Shown: one piece after another, positions 1 to 13,961 of the stretch
How positions within the stretch are numbered: position 1 is the stretch's first letter
Layout: each line of letters begins with the position of its first letter
NCBI RefSeq assembly: GCF_009914755.1
Contig: NC_060934.1
Reading direction: 5' to 3' (one strand)
Length of the DNA: 64,000 nucleotides
Source: the human T2T-CHM13v2.0 reference genome, Homo sapiens
Notes under the pieces: model-generated
The model's database searches: none
Told to the model about the DNA's origin: nothing
Seen by the model: the letters and a program-made list of their open reading frames with translations, nothing else
Program-made: the position numbers and the translations under genes

Positions 1-332
1 CTTTTATGAACTCAGCAAGATAAGGGCTCACTAAAAGATTTAATAACATTTTTAGAAATTAAAGATATACATCATATCTTGAACACCTGAGTTTGTGGTC
101 AGAAATTCAGATCTGCTGCAACACCAAATATGTCACAGAGCAAAGGATAATTCACTGTTTTCCTTGATGTCAAATTATACAACCGCCTGATGAATTCTCT
201 TCAGATCTTCAGCCTGCAGTCATGTGAATAAGCAGACAGCTATCTTGATAACAGCAATTATAGCAAGGTTATTATAGAATTATGGTGTTCATTAGAAAAA
301 AAATGATATTTTTAATCCATTAAGACTATCTT

Positions 333-635
<303 letters not shown>

Positions 636-791
636 CTATCTTATTCATTAGTAATTCTTTAATTATTTTTTATGAGCCTACAATATGCTAGACAACATGA
701 ACACAAACATGAATGAGAAGCAGTCTAGACTTTAAGAAGTTTGTAATCTAGGGAAAGAAGCAGATACATAAACCACTAGGTGAAATACTAG

Positions 792-1263
792 TGTATTTGT
801 CTGGCTTCTCCAGAAAAACACACATAAAAATAGGATACAGAGATAGAGACAGAGAGAGAAAGAGAAAGAGAGAGAGAGATTTAAGGAGTTGTCTCATGCA
901 ATTGTGGGGACTGGCAAGCTTGAAACCTGTAAGGCAGACCAGCAGACTAGAAATCCAAGTAAGAGTTGATGGTCCAGTCTTGAGTCTAAAATCTACAGGG
1001 CAAACCACCAGGCAGGAAACTCTGACAGAGTTTTGCATCTCAGTCTTGAGGCAGAACCCTTTCTTCATAAGGAAATCCCAGTCTGCGCTTGAGCCCCCGC
1101 CCCCGCCCCCATTATGGAGGGCCATGTGCCTTAATTAAAGTCAACTGATTATAAAGGTTAATCATGTCTGAAAACTACCTCCACAGCAACCTCTAGACTA
1201 GTGTCTGACCAAACAATCGGGCATCATAGCCTAGCCAAGTTAACACAAAAAGTTTACTTTCAT
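792..1263 (-). mobile_element. MLT2-family (ERVL) solo LTR, MLT2C/D-like
   Basis: Contains ...aagtcaactgattataaaggttaatc... and cctagccaagttaacaca, with an internal (GA)n. Confidence 0.75.
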
Positions 1264-2552
1264 AATATAGAAGCAAGCTGTCATTTTCACACCCCCAGCA
1301 AGAGCGTTCCAAAATAATTCTAAATTTCACAGTTTCTCCAGATTCATGTTGAACAGCCTATCATATGGAAGTTATTGAGAGGACCCTCGGGCAAATATTG
1401 GTGGCATTATGCCACAGCCCAGCAGAGCCACCTCTCTTGCTCTCTTCTATTTCTCTCATTTTCTTTAATTTTACATGTTCCTTTCTCTTTGCTTCTTACC
1501 TTCTTTCTTTGCCAGGCTCTACTCCTATTTACCCTTTCCCTATTTCTTTGTCCATCTTCTCTTAACCTCAATTTTTCTTCTGTCTCCCTGTTTTTAAAAG
1601 TATTTTCTTCCAGTAACTTATTTAGATTCCCCAGGGTTTGCCTCTCCATCCACTTTTCTTCCTCCTCTACACATTCTCCATAGATGTCATTCATTTCCAA
1701 GGTTTTAAGTGACATCTAGATGTAAATGCCTTCAAGTCAGATCTCTCTGTTACTGAAATATTTTTCCAAGCTCCAGATCCATACCGTGCTTTCAACCATT
1801 TGTTAGACTTTCCAGCTGAATATTTCTCTAACTACTTTGACCTTAACATATGAGATATTAGTGCTTATAATTTCTATATCCTGGAATCTACCTTTGAAGC
1901 CTGAGGAATAAAGGGTACCATGATCATTTGAGGTGTAAAGCTCAGATATAGCTGTTTTTATTGTCTTACCAAACACATCAGAACTCTAATAGTATCAATC
2001 CCTCATACACAAGTATCACAAGGAATTGAGTAAAAGTGGCTACACCCCTCAAATAAGAGGTCCAAGTAACACATGTTCTTTGAACTGCCAAAGACTACTA
2101 ATAATTGGGGTCAGGCACAAATCCCTGAGGCTCACAAAGGGAAGCAGAACCATCTCTGTTGAACCATCTCTTTCCTCTTCCCAGTCTATACTAGGAGGCA
2201 ACTGGAAAGAAAGGAGGATGAGAGTTTTTGAAGTTATTGTCTTTTGAATAGTGCGGTATCTTTGGTGAGAAGTTTTTCCTCTTTCCTGGGAGAAGAAATG
2301 GGGAAGGAGAGGAAGATACCATCACCAGCACTACCCAAAACCAATGATGGAAAGACTCCAAAAGAACAATAGTTTAGATTGATGATGCCTAGAAAACAGG
2401 TGCAAAATCTACAAAAATCTCCCTGGAGCTGCATCAGAGTAGAGAGTAAAGAAAACGTTGCTAGGAGTGTAAAGACAATTTTTGGCTTAATGTTTTGAAA
2501 GTAGATGGCCACTGGAGTATTCTGTCCCAGCAAGTCTTAAAAAGACTGTGGT

Positions 2553-2935
2553 ATGGAATACTATGTAGCCATAAAAAATGAATGAGTTCATGCCCTTTGC
2601 AGGGACATGGGTGAAGCTGGGAACCATTATTCTTAGCAAACTAACACAGGAACAGAAAACCAAACACCGCATGTTCTTACCATAAGTGAGAGTTGAACAA
2701 TGAGAACACATGGACACAGGGAGGGGATATCACACACCGGGGCCTGTTGGGGGGTGAGGGACAAGGGGAGGGAGAGCATTAGGACAAATACCTAATGCCT
2801 GCAAGGCTTAAAACCTAGATGACGGGTTGATGGGTGCAGCAAACCACCATGGCACATGTATACCTGTGTAAAAAACCTGCACGTTCTGCAGATGTATCCC
2901 AGAACTTAAAGTATAATAATAATAATAATAATAAT
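2553..2935 (+). mobile_element. L1PA (about PA7/8) 3' UTR, 5'-truncated, with (AAT)n tail
   Basis: Canonical L1PA 3' end with a degenerate TSD aaagac(tg/ca)tggt. Confidence 0.9.
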
Positions 2936-2984
2936 AAAGACCATGGTGTAATATGTACCTGGGAAGGGAGAAAATTGTACTGTG

Positions 2985-3036
2985 GAGAAAGGAGGGAAAG
3001 GAGGGAAAGGAGGGAAAGGAGGGAAAGGAGGGAAAG
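2985..3036. repeat. (GGAGGGAAA)n 9-mer tandem repeat
   Basis: About five copies; source of the ERR/GKE artefact ORFs. Confidence 0.9.
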
Positions 3037-3263
3037 GTAGGAGGGAGGAAATTGTACTATGTCTCAGTTATGCAGATCCACGGAAGACGTGAAAGCTGGA
3101 GTTTACTTTCAGTCCATTTGAGGAAACATGGAAAATAGAGATAAATTGGAACTGTAGGGTTGTTCAGGCAGTGCTCATTCGGGTGAGGTGATGCCCTTCC
3201 TGGAGAGGGCAATAGGGGCAGGGTTGAGCTGAAGGTAGACACAGCTACCTTTCCTTTAAAAGG

Positions 3264-3676
3264 TGTATTGGGCTATTGTTGCATTGCTACAAAGACATAC
3301 CTGAAACTGGGTCATTTATTTAAAAAGATGTTTAATTGGCTCATAGTTCTGCAGGCTATATAGGAAGCATAGCACCAGCATCTGCTTCTGGGTAGGCTTC
3401 AGGAGGCTTTTACTCATGGCAGAAGGCAAGGCAGGAGCTTGCACGTCACATGGTGAAAACAGGAGCAGGAGAGAGAGAGTAGGGGGGAAGTGCCACACAC
3501 TTTTAAACGACCAGATCTGGTGAGACCTCACTCACTACAGTAAGAACAGCACCAAGTCATGAGGGATCTGCTCCCATGACACAAACACCTCCCACCAGGC
3601 CCCACCTCCAACACTGGGGATTACAATTCAACATGAGATTTGGGTGGCAACAAATAACCAAACTATTAATATATCA
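3264..3676 (-). mobile_element. MST (MaLR) solo LTR
   Basis: tgtatt...gcattgct...ggctcatagttctgcaggct...attacaattcaacatgagatttgg. Confidence 0.88.
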
Positions 3677-3729
3677 TAGTATATCAAAAGACATCCAATG
3701 ATAGAAGGGTCCCAAGTGAAATTGATTTA

Positions 3730-3730
<1 letters not shown>

Positions 3731-3768
<38 letters not shown>
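3731..3768. repeat. (CA)n microsatellite
   Basis: About 19 CA units. Confidence 0.95.
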
Positions 3769-3770
<2 letters not shown>

Positions 3771-4583
3771 AATCATTACACTGTCACCATGAAGGCCACA
3801 ACAACAGAAAAGTCAAGCCAAAAAGTCAGAACTACATTAACCCACTGCAATAGAAGACACCTCCCTACTGTTGACAAGTAACAAGTTACCGAAGAAGTTT
3901 CCACCCTCTGTTTCCATCTCTTCTCTGTCTCTACTACACCTTACAGCTAAGCCTTGACAAAAGAGAGGGGCATGCTTCAGAGCCAGAACATAACCTTCCC
4001 CCTTTTCCTTGCTCGAGGCAGCAGCCTTCTACAAATCTGCAACCTGCCATGAGGAAAGGGTAGGAGGCAAATAGAGGTTGGAATTTGGTTTTATTTGACA
4101 ACTTTAAAGGGGACTGGACTAAGTTTTAATCATTAAAAGTGACCATAAATTTATGAAATTTGCCCAAGATAGATGAACTGGACCAGGAAGGAAGGAGGTT
4201 GATAAAATATGAAAGAAATGAATAATTGCAAAAAATAGGAGCACTTTCATATTTTTAAACTACCTTGTTGTGATACTCGATCCATGAGTGACTCAAGTCT
4301 TGGTCTCTGCTACCTAATAGAAGTGGGTTAGGTCCAAGATAATATCTGTCTCTAACCCTCTGATTATTTTCCTGTTGTCATTTTCCCTTTCCTTCATACC
4401 TTCTCTTCTGATTTCCGTAATCTCCAAACAAAAGGCTTTTTTCCCTATGACTGCCAAAAACAATTATCACCCAAGACTTTTGTCAGTCTTAGTGATCTTT
4501 TGAGTCATTTGATCCACACCTGCTCTTAGGACCAAGATAATGAAGTTCTTACAAGTTGCACTCAAGAGAGAAGGATTCCCTCA

Positions 4584-4885
4584 GGCTGGGTGCAGTGGCT
4601 CATACCTGTAATCCCAACACTTTGGGAGGCCAAGGTGAGGGATCTTTAGCTCAAGACTACCCTGGGCAACATAGCAAAACCCCACCTCTACAAAAAAATA
4701 CAAAAATTAGCCAGGCATGGTGGTACGTGCCTGTAGTCCCAGCTATTCCGGAGGCAGAGTTGAGTGGATTGCTTGAGCCTGGGAGGTCAAGGCTGCAATG
4801 AGCTGTGATTGTGCCACTGTACTCCAGCCTGGGTGACAAAGCAAGACCCTGTCTCTCTAAAAATAACATAAAATAAATTAAAAAG
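4584..4885 (+). mobile_element. AluJ
   Basis: ggattgcttgagcctgggaggtcaaggctgca is J-type. Confidence 0.9.
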
Positions 4886-4970
4886 AGAGAAAGAGAGAGA
4901 GGAGTCCCTTAAAGGAAGCAGACCAGCCTAGCAGATGGCTAGGCAGACCCAAAGGTTCAGCCTACTCAAG

Positions 4971-5030
4971 GTCTTCAGATCCTCAGATCCTTACTCTCAG
5001 GTCTTCAGATCCTCAGATCCTTACTCTCAG
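4971..5030. repeat. Perfect 30-bp tandem duplication
   Basis: (gtcttcagatcctcagatccttactctcag)x2. Confidence 0.95.
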
Positions 5031-5364
5031 GCCTCAGTGACCTCATAAGTGGATGCGGCCCGGATAGTTCTGGGGAATCATTTTGCAGATGCTCAAATGT
5101 CATATATTCTCTTCTGAAAGGTATCTGATTGAGGAAGGTGTACCAGCCTGCTGTGCCTTCTTTGTCATTTCCTCTTTCTCATATGTCCTTTTCTTTATCT
5201 CAAAACTGGGTTGGGGCGATGGAGGAATACACCCTGGACGAAGGGAGCAGAGGGACAGTCAGGTACTGAAGCACCCAAAAAAGAAACTTAAGTAGCAAAA
5301 GATGAGATTTGAGACAAGCAATATGGAAAAAGGAGCAGGAGATAAACCTTTACCAAGTTTCTGT

Positions 5365-5590
5365 ATTTCTCTTCCCTTCCCTTCCCTTTCCTCCCCTCCC
5401 CTTCCTCTTCCCCTCCCCTACCCTCCCCCTCCCTTTCCCCTTCCCCTCCCCTCCCTTCCTCTCCCTTCCCCTTCTCTTCTTCTCCCTCCCCCTTTTCCTC
5501 CTTCTTCTTTTCTCTTTCTCTTCTCCATCCCTCACCTTCTCCCTTCTCCCTCCTCCCTTCTCTCTCTTCTTCCTTTCTCTTCTCACCCCT
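5365..5590. repeat. Polypyrimidine (CT-rich) low-complexity tract
   Basis: About 225 nt of almost pure C and T. Confidence 0.95.
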
Positions 5591-7319
5591 TAGAATTAGA
5601 AATCGCAGTCAATAGAGATGATTGTGCTAGGACATATTTTAACATTTCTAATTGAGTTGGACAATAAACTTAAACTTCTCAAAAGAAAATTCTTATTTCA
5701 TTGACTGGACAGACAGCCCGACTGGCTTTGTCCTTTAGATTAAATGAAAGTCAATTCATCTAGTTTTAAGGAGCTCAACTTAAATATTCAGAATTTCGTG
5801 CTATTATATTTAAAGCACGTCTACAACATAGAATATGTTAGAAATGTAAATTTATAGTAAATGTCTTAGATATGAACTTAAAGATGCAAAAGGAGATGCA
5901 TAGCTTTTCAAAATTATTTTAGGAAATATTCAAGTGATAATGTTCAAAAACCACTACAGCAAGTTTAATTTTTCACTGTTCCCATTCTTCCACACCCTAC
6001 TCTTGGGAAAAGTCTCACTATTCCCAAAAAGCATATGACTATTCATGCCCTCTGCCTGGCAGAGCTATTCAACCGCACATATATTGGATACCAGGCAAAT
6101 ATTTCCTGCCATCCTGTCAGGGTGAGTCACTCAGTAATGCTTTCCTCAGCAACAATGTTATAGCAATGATGACATCATGTTGTAACAGCTATTTCCATAT
6201 TAATCCTTATTTTTATATTTCTGGTATCTGGGATTGTATGCATAATTTGTATCCAATATATGATTGCCGAAGATTATCTAGAATTTATTTAAGATTATCT
6301 AATTGAAAGCATCACCAAAACCATTGCTTATATCCATTGATTACATCCACATAATGATATTACAAGTTAAACTTCAAAATCAGTCTTTTTGCATGAAATC
6401 ATTTAAGCCCTAAAGTAAGTTAAAATGTTTGGGCAAGAGATGGCTAAATGAAATAACGTGGCTCACCTTGAAAATAATGCCAAAACCTTGAGATACACAG
6501 AACTTCATGTAAGCAGAAAACCATCACCCTCTCGAAATTAACCTTAACCTTAAGATTTTTCATTAAATTTTGTACAAAGAATCTGTGGCGTAAGAGGACT
6601 TCAATAACTTGAAGTAAACTTTTGTATTGCTTTTTAAAAACATGGAATGGAGCATGGTGTGCTCAGAGAAAGCTAAGCACAGGAACAAGCCTCTTAAAGT
6701 TGTTGTTAGAGATTTGATTTCCTGGATTTTATTATACATTCTGTGACTCTTCTTTTAGCTACTTGCCACCTAATCTCTTAGTGTGGACACTTTGATTACA
6801 GGGGAAAAAAAGCAACTCAAGATGATTTGATCAAAATAAAGAATTTAGGGTAAAGACACAGGATGTCTCACAGAGCTCAAGGGTGGGAATGAATGAGTGG
6901 GGCCTCAGAAAGGCCTGAGCCAGAGGAATTCTTCATCTGCCTCTCATCTCTGTTTCTTTTTGCTCGTCTGTTTTGATTCTCTCTCTGCAGGTGTATTTCC
7001 TCTGCTTCCTGTCCCTGTAACAAAGTAGTGTTACCTAGAGGTTGATTGTATATGGGGCGAGGGCCACAGCACACCATAGCTACAGGGAAATATACCAAGG
7101 CACTCTCGTGGCAGGGATGGGCCAAAAAAGAAGTCATCATGAAAGATCTCTGAAAGCTGTCTTCTACATCTATCCTCATGGCTTAAAATACTCCAGATTC
7201 TCATTCATGACACCTTCAAGGAAGCAGGAAATACAGCAGCCTTCAAGAGTTCATAGTAAAAGAAGAGAGATGTAATCATCAAATCTATATCTGTAAATCA
7301 AGATTAAAGGGTACAAATA

Positions 7320-7629
7320 GGTCTGGTGCAGTGGCTCACATTGGTAATCCCAGCATTTTGGGAGGCCAAGGCGGGTGGATCACTTGAGGTCAGGAGTTCA
7401 AAACCAGCCTGGCCAACATGGCAAAACCCTATCTCTACTAAAAATACAAAAATTAGCCAGGGGTGGTGGCAGGTCCCTGTAATCCCAGCTACTCAGAGGG
7501 CTGAGGCAGGAGAACCACTTGAACCCAGGAAGCGGAGGTTGCAGTGAGCTGAGATTGTGCCACTGCACTCCAGTCTAGGTGACAGAGCAAGTCTCTGACT
7601 CAAAAACAAATAAATAAATAAAATAAAAA
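7320..7629 (+). mobile_element. AluS
   Basis: Full dimer with an A-rich tail. Confidence 0.95.
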
Positions 7630-7931
7630 TTGCAAAATAAAGGGTAAAAATAAACAGTAAGCCGTTTATTCTTACCTTACCAGCAGCCTGACTATGCCCA
7701 TTGCTTTCCTTTTTAGACTGTATCTTTGACTGGGGAAACATTTGCAATAAATGTTTACTATTCAGCATTGGGGCATATCCTCTTGAAGCATTGTACTAAT
7801 TTAGTAAATAAACTAACAAAAGTTAAAAATCAGAATTTTTTTTTTAGCTATGCTGAGAAATAACATATATTCATGTGAAAAGTTGTTTGAAAAGTTTAGA
7901 TCTGGAAGTATTCTAAGTAATTTCATAGAAT

Positions 7932-8283
7932 CGTAAGTCAGTTTGGGCTATTACAACAAAATACCATAAACTCGGTGGTATAAACAAGCATTTAAGTCTC
8001 ACAGTTCTGGAGGCTAAAAAGTCTAAGATCCAGGAACTGGCAGATTCAGTTTCTGGTGAGGACCCTCTCTCTGGCTTGCAGGCAGCCACCTTCCTTTGTA
8101 TTATTACATGGCAAAGAGAGAAAGATCTGGAGCCTCTTTGCCTTCTTATAAGGGCATGAGGGGGCCATCATCGTGGCCTCATGTAAGCCAAATTACTTCC
8201 AAGGGCCCCACCTCCTAATGCCGTCGCTTTAATAGGGCTTCAAGATATACATTTGGGGGGACACAAATGTTCAGTTCATCACA
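7932..8283 (-). mobile_element. MLT1A-like MaLR LTR
   Basis: acaaaataccataaact...ctcacagttctggaggct...ggggacacaaatgttcagt. Confidence 0.8.
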
Positions 8284-8572
8284 GTAAGTATGCAATAGTA
8301 GAAAGATGGTTGAGTAGGAAATTATAAGATGTGAAAGTGATGTGGAGCAAGTCTCATAATTCCCTTCCACAAACGTTTATTAAGACTTCCTTTGTGTCAG
8401 CAAATAATACCCTCACTTTCTGGTTCATCTGAATATGTTCAGTTATAATATATGTTTGACTCTGATGAATGCTATGATAGAAATGTAAACCAAAATACTT
8501 TGGTGGTAAAATGGAAGGAAAGAATGATCAAGAGAATGATGCTTGTTTATATTTCTGATAAGGAAAGAAAGA

Positions 8573-8697
8573 GGCCAGGAGTGGGTGCTCATGCCTGTAA
8601 TCCCAGCACTTTGGGAGAACGAGGCAGGCAGGTGACTTGAACCCAGGAGTTCAAGACTAGCTACAGCAACATGACAAAACCCTGTCTCTACAAAAAA
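8573..8697 (+). mobile_element. Alu monomer (FLAM or left arm)
   Basis: Left arm only, followed by an A run. Confidence 0.85.
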
Positions 8698-10014
8698 GGA
8701 AAGAGAGGTGATTAGGATCCCAAATCTTGGACTAGCTAACCCCGTGAGAGGTACAGAATATTGTTTGAGATTCTTGAATGGTTGGCCCTGGCCCCAAATG
8801 AAATATCTGTTCCTGTAATATTATATTCTCTCTATCAGACCCTTTCTCACTGCAAACATTTGTATGATAATGTGAATCCTTGAAGGCAGAAGTTTAGCTG
8901 CTATCCAAGCCTGACATCCCTAGATAGGCCTAGTCTGCGCCCACCGATGAATATTTATCCTTAGCAAAAATCAAAATCTTGCTTACTCTATACCTCAAGG
9001 CATACAGCTGCTTTTGCAGCTAGAGTGTCACGAGTGAGCATGTCCTGGTCCCAGAAATACTTAGCCTTAGCAAACTGGAATTTCACTAGCACAGTGACCG
9101 AGGTCATCTCATAATGCTGGCAAAACCGTTACTCTCTCCACGTGTCCACATGTGCCTTCGCCTACAAGAAGTAAAGCTGTTCTCACAGTTTGAGATCCAC
9201 AAACCTCACTCCCAAATCCCAGTCCCTTGTGCATGTATTGGCCACGCTCTGACAATCCTGCTAAATGTTAACTTTGAGCAAGAAAAGGGAAATTGAGTAC
9301 AGGGTTTTGAAATCTTACCCTTAAAAACAGGGTTAGGCCACCAGCATGATTCCTCCTCCTCCTCCTCCTCCTCTTTCTATTCCTCCTGCGCCACCTATTC
9401 CTCCTCCTCCTCCTCCTTTTTTCTTCTTTTCTATTTTAAAAGAGAAGCCTAAACAGCCTGATCTCTGATTTTTTCCTTAATCCCTAACCTTGTTCTCATG
9501 TCCTGCAATAGTAAAAAAAAAAAAAAAAAAAAAAGCCCACAAGAGAGGCTTCAAAGGAAAGAAAGCATTTTTTTCAAGCCAGTCATTATTTATTCCACCC
9601 AGAAAACATTCTACCCCTTACCCTTTTTCCAGAGATTTCATGAAGTTAGACCTCCTTGTTCAGAGTCAAATGAGAGGTGCACCTTGATATATGACTTGAA
9701 GGTCATACTGGATACTGAAGAGCCAGCAGTATTGAAGAGCTTCCAGTATTGAAAGATACTGGAAAGCCAGCAATTTGGATGGATGAATTCACAGGGCTGT
9801 AAAAGGAGATAGCATTTGGATTGAGATCTGAAGGATGGAGAAATCTGGTAGAGATGCGGAAAGGGAGTTCAAGAAAATAAAAGAAAATGCAGAAACTTGT
9901 GGTTTCAAAAACGATGAACACAGCTAGAGACTCTGGGAAGGGAAACAGATTACACTTAGAAAAGTGTGTTGTAGAGACGTGGTTAAGGTCTTTGAAAGCT
10001 AACAAAAGAGATTT

Positions 10015-10362
10015 TCATTTATTTTATTTTCATTTATTTTATTTTATTTGAGATGGACTTTTGCTCTTTCGCCCAGGCTAGAGGCTGGATTGAAGTGAAG
10101 TGGTGTGATCTCAGCTCACTGCAACCTCTGCCCCCGCCCCCCTTGGCCCCGGGTTCAAGTGATTCTCCTGCCTCAGTCTCCCCAGCCTCCCTTGTAGGTG
10201 GGATTACAGGTGCCTGCCACCACGCCTGGCTAATTTTTGTATTTTTAGTAGAGACAGGATTTTTGCCACATGGGCCAGGCTAGTCTCAAACTCCTGACCT
10301 CAGGTGATCTGCCCACCTCGGCCTCCTAAAGTGCTAGGATTACAGGTATGAGCCACCACCTG
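10015..10362 (-). mobile_element. AluS with small internal insertions
   Basis: Antisense Alu with a (TTTTA)n tail. Confidence 0.9.
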
Positions 10363-10683
10363 TAATTTATGTTTAAAAAGGAAAAAAAGGGCCGAGTGTT
10401 GTCTCCTGTCTCCCTCTCAGATCCACCCTCCACCCATTGTCCACCAACTAGACAGAGAAGGATAGCAGTTGGATCTAGGAGCTGGCTTTTATGGATTTCA
10501 TTAATGGGCTCCCTGTCATCTGAATTTGCATTATGTTTGACCACACTGGAGCACCTTGAGACAGGAAAAATAGGGAGAACTGGATATTCATAATCCTGGA
10601 TTCCTTCCTGCAACCTAATTCCACCTGGCTACTTGGAGTGACAGGTCTGTCAGCATACCTTTACACTGACAACTTCCAGTAAC

Positions 10684-10971
10684 CCTTCCTCCTCCTCTTC
10701 CTCCTCATCCTTCTCCTCCTCCTCCTTCTTCTCTTCCTCCTTCTCCTTCTCTTCCTTTCTTCTTCTTCCTCCTCCTCCTTTCTTCTACTTCTCCCTTCTC
10801 CTCCTCCTCTTCCTCCCTTCTTCTTCCTTTTCCTCCTCCTTTCTTCTTCTTCCTTCTCCTCCTCATCCTCCTTTCTTCTTCTTCGTCCTCCTCCTCTGCC
10901 TCCTCCTCCTTCTCTTCCTCCTTCTCCTCCTTCTTCTTCTCCTTCTCCTCCTTCTCCTTCTTCTTTCCTCC
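10684..10971. repeat. (CCT/CTT)n polypyrimidine tract, probably inside an old ERVL (LTR33/16-like) fragment
   Basis: About 290 nt of triplet-rich pyrimidines; the downstream flank ends ttcctgctagggccctaactgatac. Confidence 0.85.
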
Positions 10972-11382
10972 AGCTTAAGGTGGTAACAGGCCTTATATTT
11001 TTAGCCCAGCCCAATGCACATCACTTATGATTTCACTTTATTCTGACCACACCTTCGTAAATTGCCACTTTATCAAAAACTCAAATTTTCCAATTTAAGT
11101 ATGTCAGCTGGTTCCTGCTAGGGCCCTAACTGATACGAACAAGGCAAGTGCTCTAAACAGAAGAAGACAAGAGCATGTCTGTGTTTAAGAGAAGAATGCA
11201 GAGTGTGAGAATAGATTTTAAAAGATTGAGAAAGAGATTTTCAGTCTAGAGGGCATAAGCCTGTTCAGACGAGTTAGATGAGAGATGATGAGGACTTGAA
11301 CCTGAGCAGCAGTGATTGCTTAATACAAGTCATGGGTTTGAAGTCATGGGTTTGATGTGCCATTTAAAAATATTTCCATTAT

Positions 11383-11679
11383 GACTGGGTGCTGTGGCTC
11401 ATGCCTGTAATCCCAGTGCTTTGGGAGGCCAAGGTGGGAAGACCACTTTAGGCCAGAAGTTCAAGACCAGCTTGGCTAACATGGTGAAACCCCGTCTGTA
11501 CTAAAAAAAAAAAAAAAAAAAAATACAAAAATTAGCCAGGCATGGTGGCATGCACCAGCTACTTGGGGGCCTGAGGCAGGGGAATCGCTTGAACCCAGGA
11601 GGCAAAGGTTGTAGTGAGCTAAGATTGGAGATTGGCCACTGCACTCTAGCCTGGGTGATAGAGCAAGATTCTGTCTAAA
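11383..11679 (+). mobile_element. Alu (old S/J)
   Basis: Dimer with a long central A run. Confidence 0.9.
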
Positions 11680-12254
11680 TACGTATTATTTTTCATTATA
11701 CCTTTAATATGAAATTTAACTATGAAATTATAATCTTTGTGTTGCCCAAAGTTAATCTCTTTTATGAGCCATTCACACCCACAACATAATGGGAAATAAT
11801 AAATTATTTTAAGATCCTTTCCCAGGTCTGAAATTCTATGATTTAAATAGAATATTGAGCTTAGTTCTTTTGGGTCCTAAGTATTCCCTAGTTGCAGTGT
11901 AACTTGGCATTAAATCTTTCAGTTCTTAGGGTGTCTGTAATTTGACTGAGTAGTGCTCTACACTTATCTTTGCATTACAACTCCCTGAAAGAGTTAATGC
12001 TCATTTTAAAAATTAAAAAGATGCCTAATTTACAATTCATGATTAGATGAGACACTCGGCAACTTTATCTGTGTGCTGGTCTTAACTACACAACTGACTG
12101 ATGGTTAAAACAACAAAGTCTGGGGCTCATTTGTTGTAATTGTATTTGCTGAAAAACCTCTGGAAAGTAGGGACAGTATTGTGCGTCTTGCATCTTCCCT
12201 AACACATTGTGGGAATTTTATAAATAACGTGTTGGGCAGGTGCAAAATCAGAAC

Positions 12255-12380
12255 CTGAGGGAGAAGATCACTTGAGCCCAGGAGTTGGAGACTATAGTGA
12301 GCCAATGATCACACCACTGCACTCCAGCCTGGGCAACAAAGCAAAACCCTATCTGAATAACCAAACCAAACCAAACAAAA
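12255..12380 (+). mobile_element. Alu right-arm/FRAM fragment with (CAAAC)n tail
   Basis: gatcacttgagcccaggagttggagact...cagcctgggcaac. Confidence 0.8.
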
Positions 12381-13961
12381 CAAGCAGAGGGACTGTGCTC
12401 AGTCATTCCAATATTGCCCTCACTTTAGACTATTTAATTTGGATGTCTATATTTGTGACAGATTCTGCCCCTAAGTTCCTGAAAAGCAGTGTCTGGCAGC
12501 TGAAAATGTATTTACCAATGTTACTAACAAGGATATCACTCTTGCATTTTTTTTTTAGAGAAATGAGTGCATGATGAACCCTTTTTAAAAAAGTAATAAT
12601 CATATTTATTGATGAAACATGATTTAAAATTTCACGTGTATTTCAAAATGATTTCCTTTTGTAACTAATATCTCATATTTCTTTAATCAATTCCTTGATC
12701 ATTTAAGATATTATTTGACCATACAAAATCAGTTTACATGCAACATATCAGGAACACATTTATTGAATAATGCACACTTCTTTGGTGTGTATACACATGT
12801 TTGTGCGTTGTTATTACTAAGTATCCCAGGTTGTTCTAAATCCATTTTCACTGGACACAAACTCCAAGCAACCTATAGAACAATACAAACTGTATAAAAT
12901 ATATGAAGACTACTTTACTGTATTACGGCTCCATATTCTAATTATTTGGTCTGACAGCTATTTCACCATTATCATTTCGTCAGTATAATATCTCTGTTTG
13001 GCAGAGATAGTCCCTGGAGCAATGGTTGTAGCGTTTTTCCACATCCTCCCTCTATTCACAGTAAATCTTACACAGCAAGAAGACAACCTTTCAGTCTCTG
13101 ACATTGCTGGGTTGCATTGTTTTCTTGTACAAGCAATCAGTGTAGATGAATGTGTTGTAGGCAAATCAAAGATGCCTCTTAAAAGAGGTGACTTGGGTAA
13201 ATGAAGAAAGACAGTAAAAAGAAGTGAGGTGTTTTATTAGTAGTAAGTTATATAGTTTTCCAATGGCATGTAGCAAATTATTCAGCACTTTTGACTAGTG
13301 TGAATCAGTAATGTTACCAAGGGGTAGAAACTTGGGAGGGCGATTGGCTTCTTAATTTTTGTTTAATAATTGCTTTCTTATCTTCCTGATAGATTCTTTT
13401 TTGCTTTCAAATCTTCTGTCACATCATTTCTCCTTAAATGCATCCTTAGGGATACTCCTTCCACTTCCACTATCTGTTTATTGTGTTGGGTTTTCAAGCT
13501 CACTAATGAATCAAAGTTCTTCAAAGACCAGTTGATTTTCATCTTTTCAAAAAAGAAACACATAAGTCAGAAACTCTTAGCAATTCATTCTTATATTTTT
13601 TGACAAACATCTGTTAAGCACCTATTATTTGCTAGTCACTGTGTTAGGGGCTAGGAATATAAGAATAAATAATAGTTTATGCTCTAATGGAGGAGGTATA
13701 TATAAAAGCAAATAATCTCAATACTGCAATAAGCATATATCAAACATATACAGTCACTTCATAGAAAGCACTGGAAAAGGAGAGACAGTCTTTGGTTTGA
13801 AGGTAATGATAATATGGAAGGTTGAGAAAGGGTTGGTGCAGAGGTGCTGTATCACTCCAACCTAGACTCATGGATTGAAATCCACCAAGTGTCAAAGAAG
13901 AGCACCCCAAAAAATAGAACAGCCTGTGTATATGTGTGTGGCACAGACTGTGACAGGGAAT

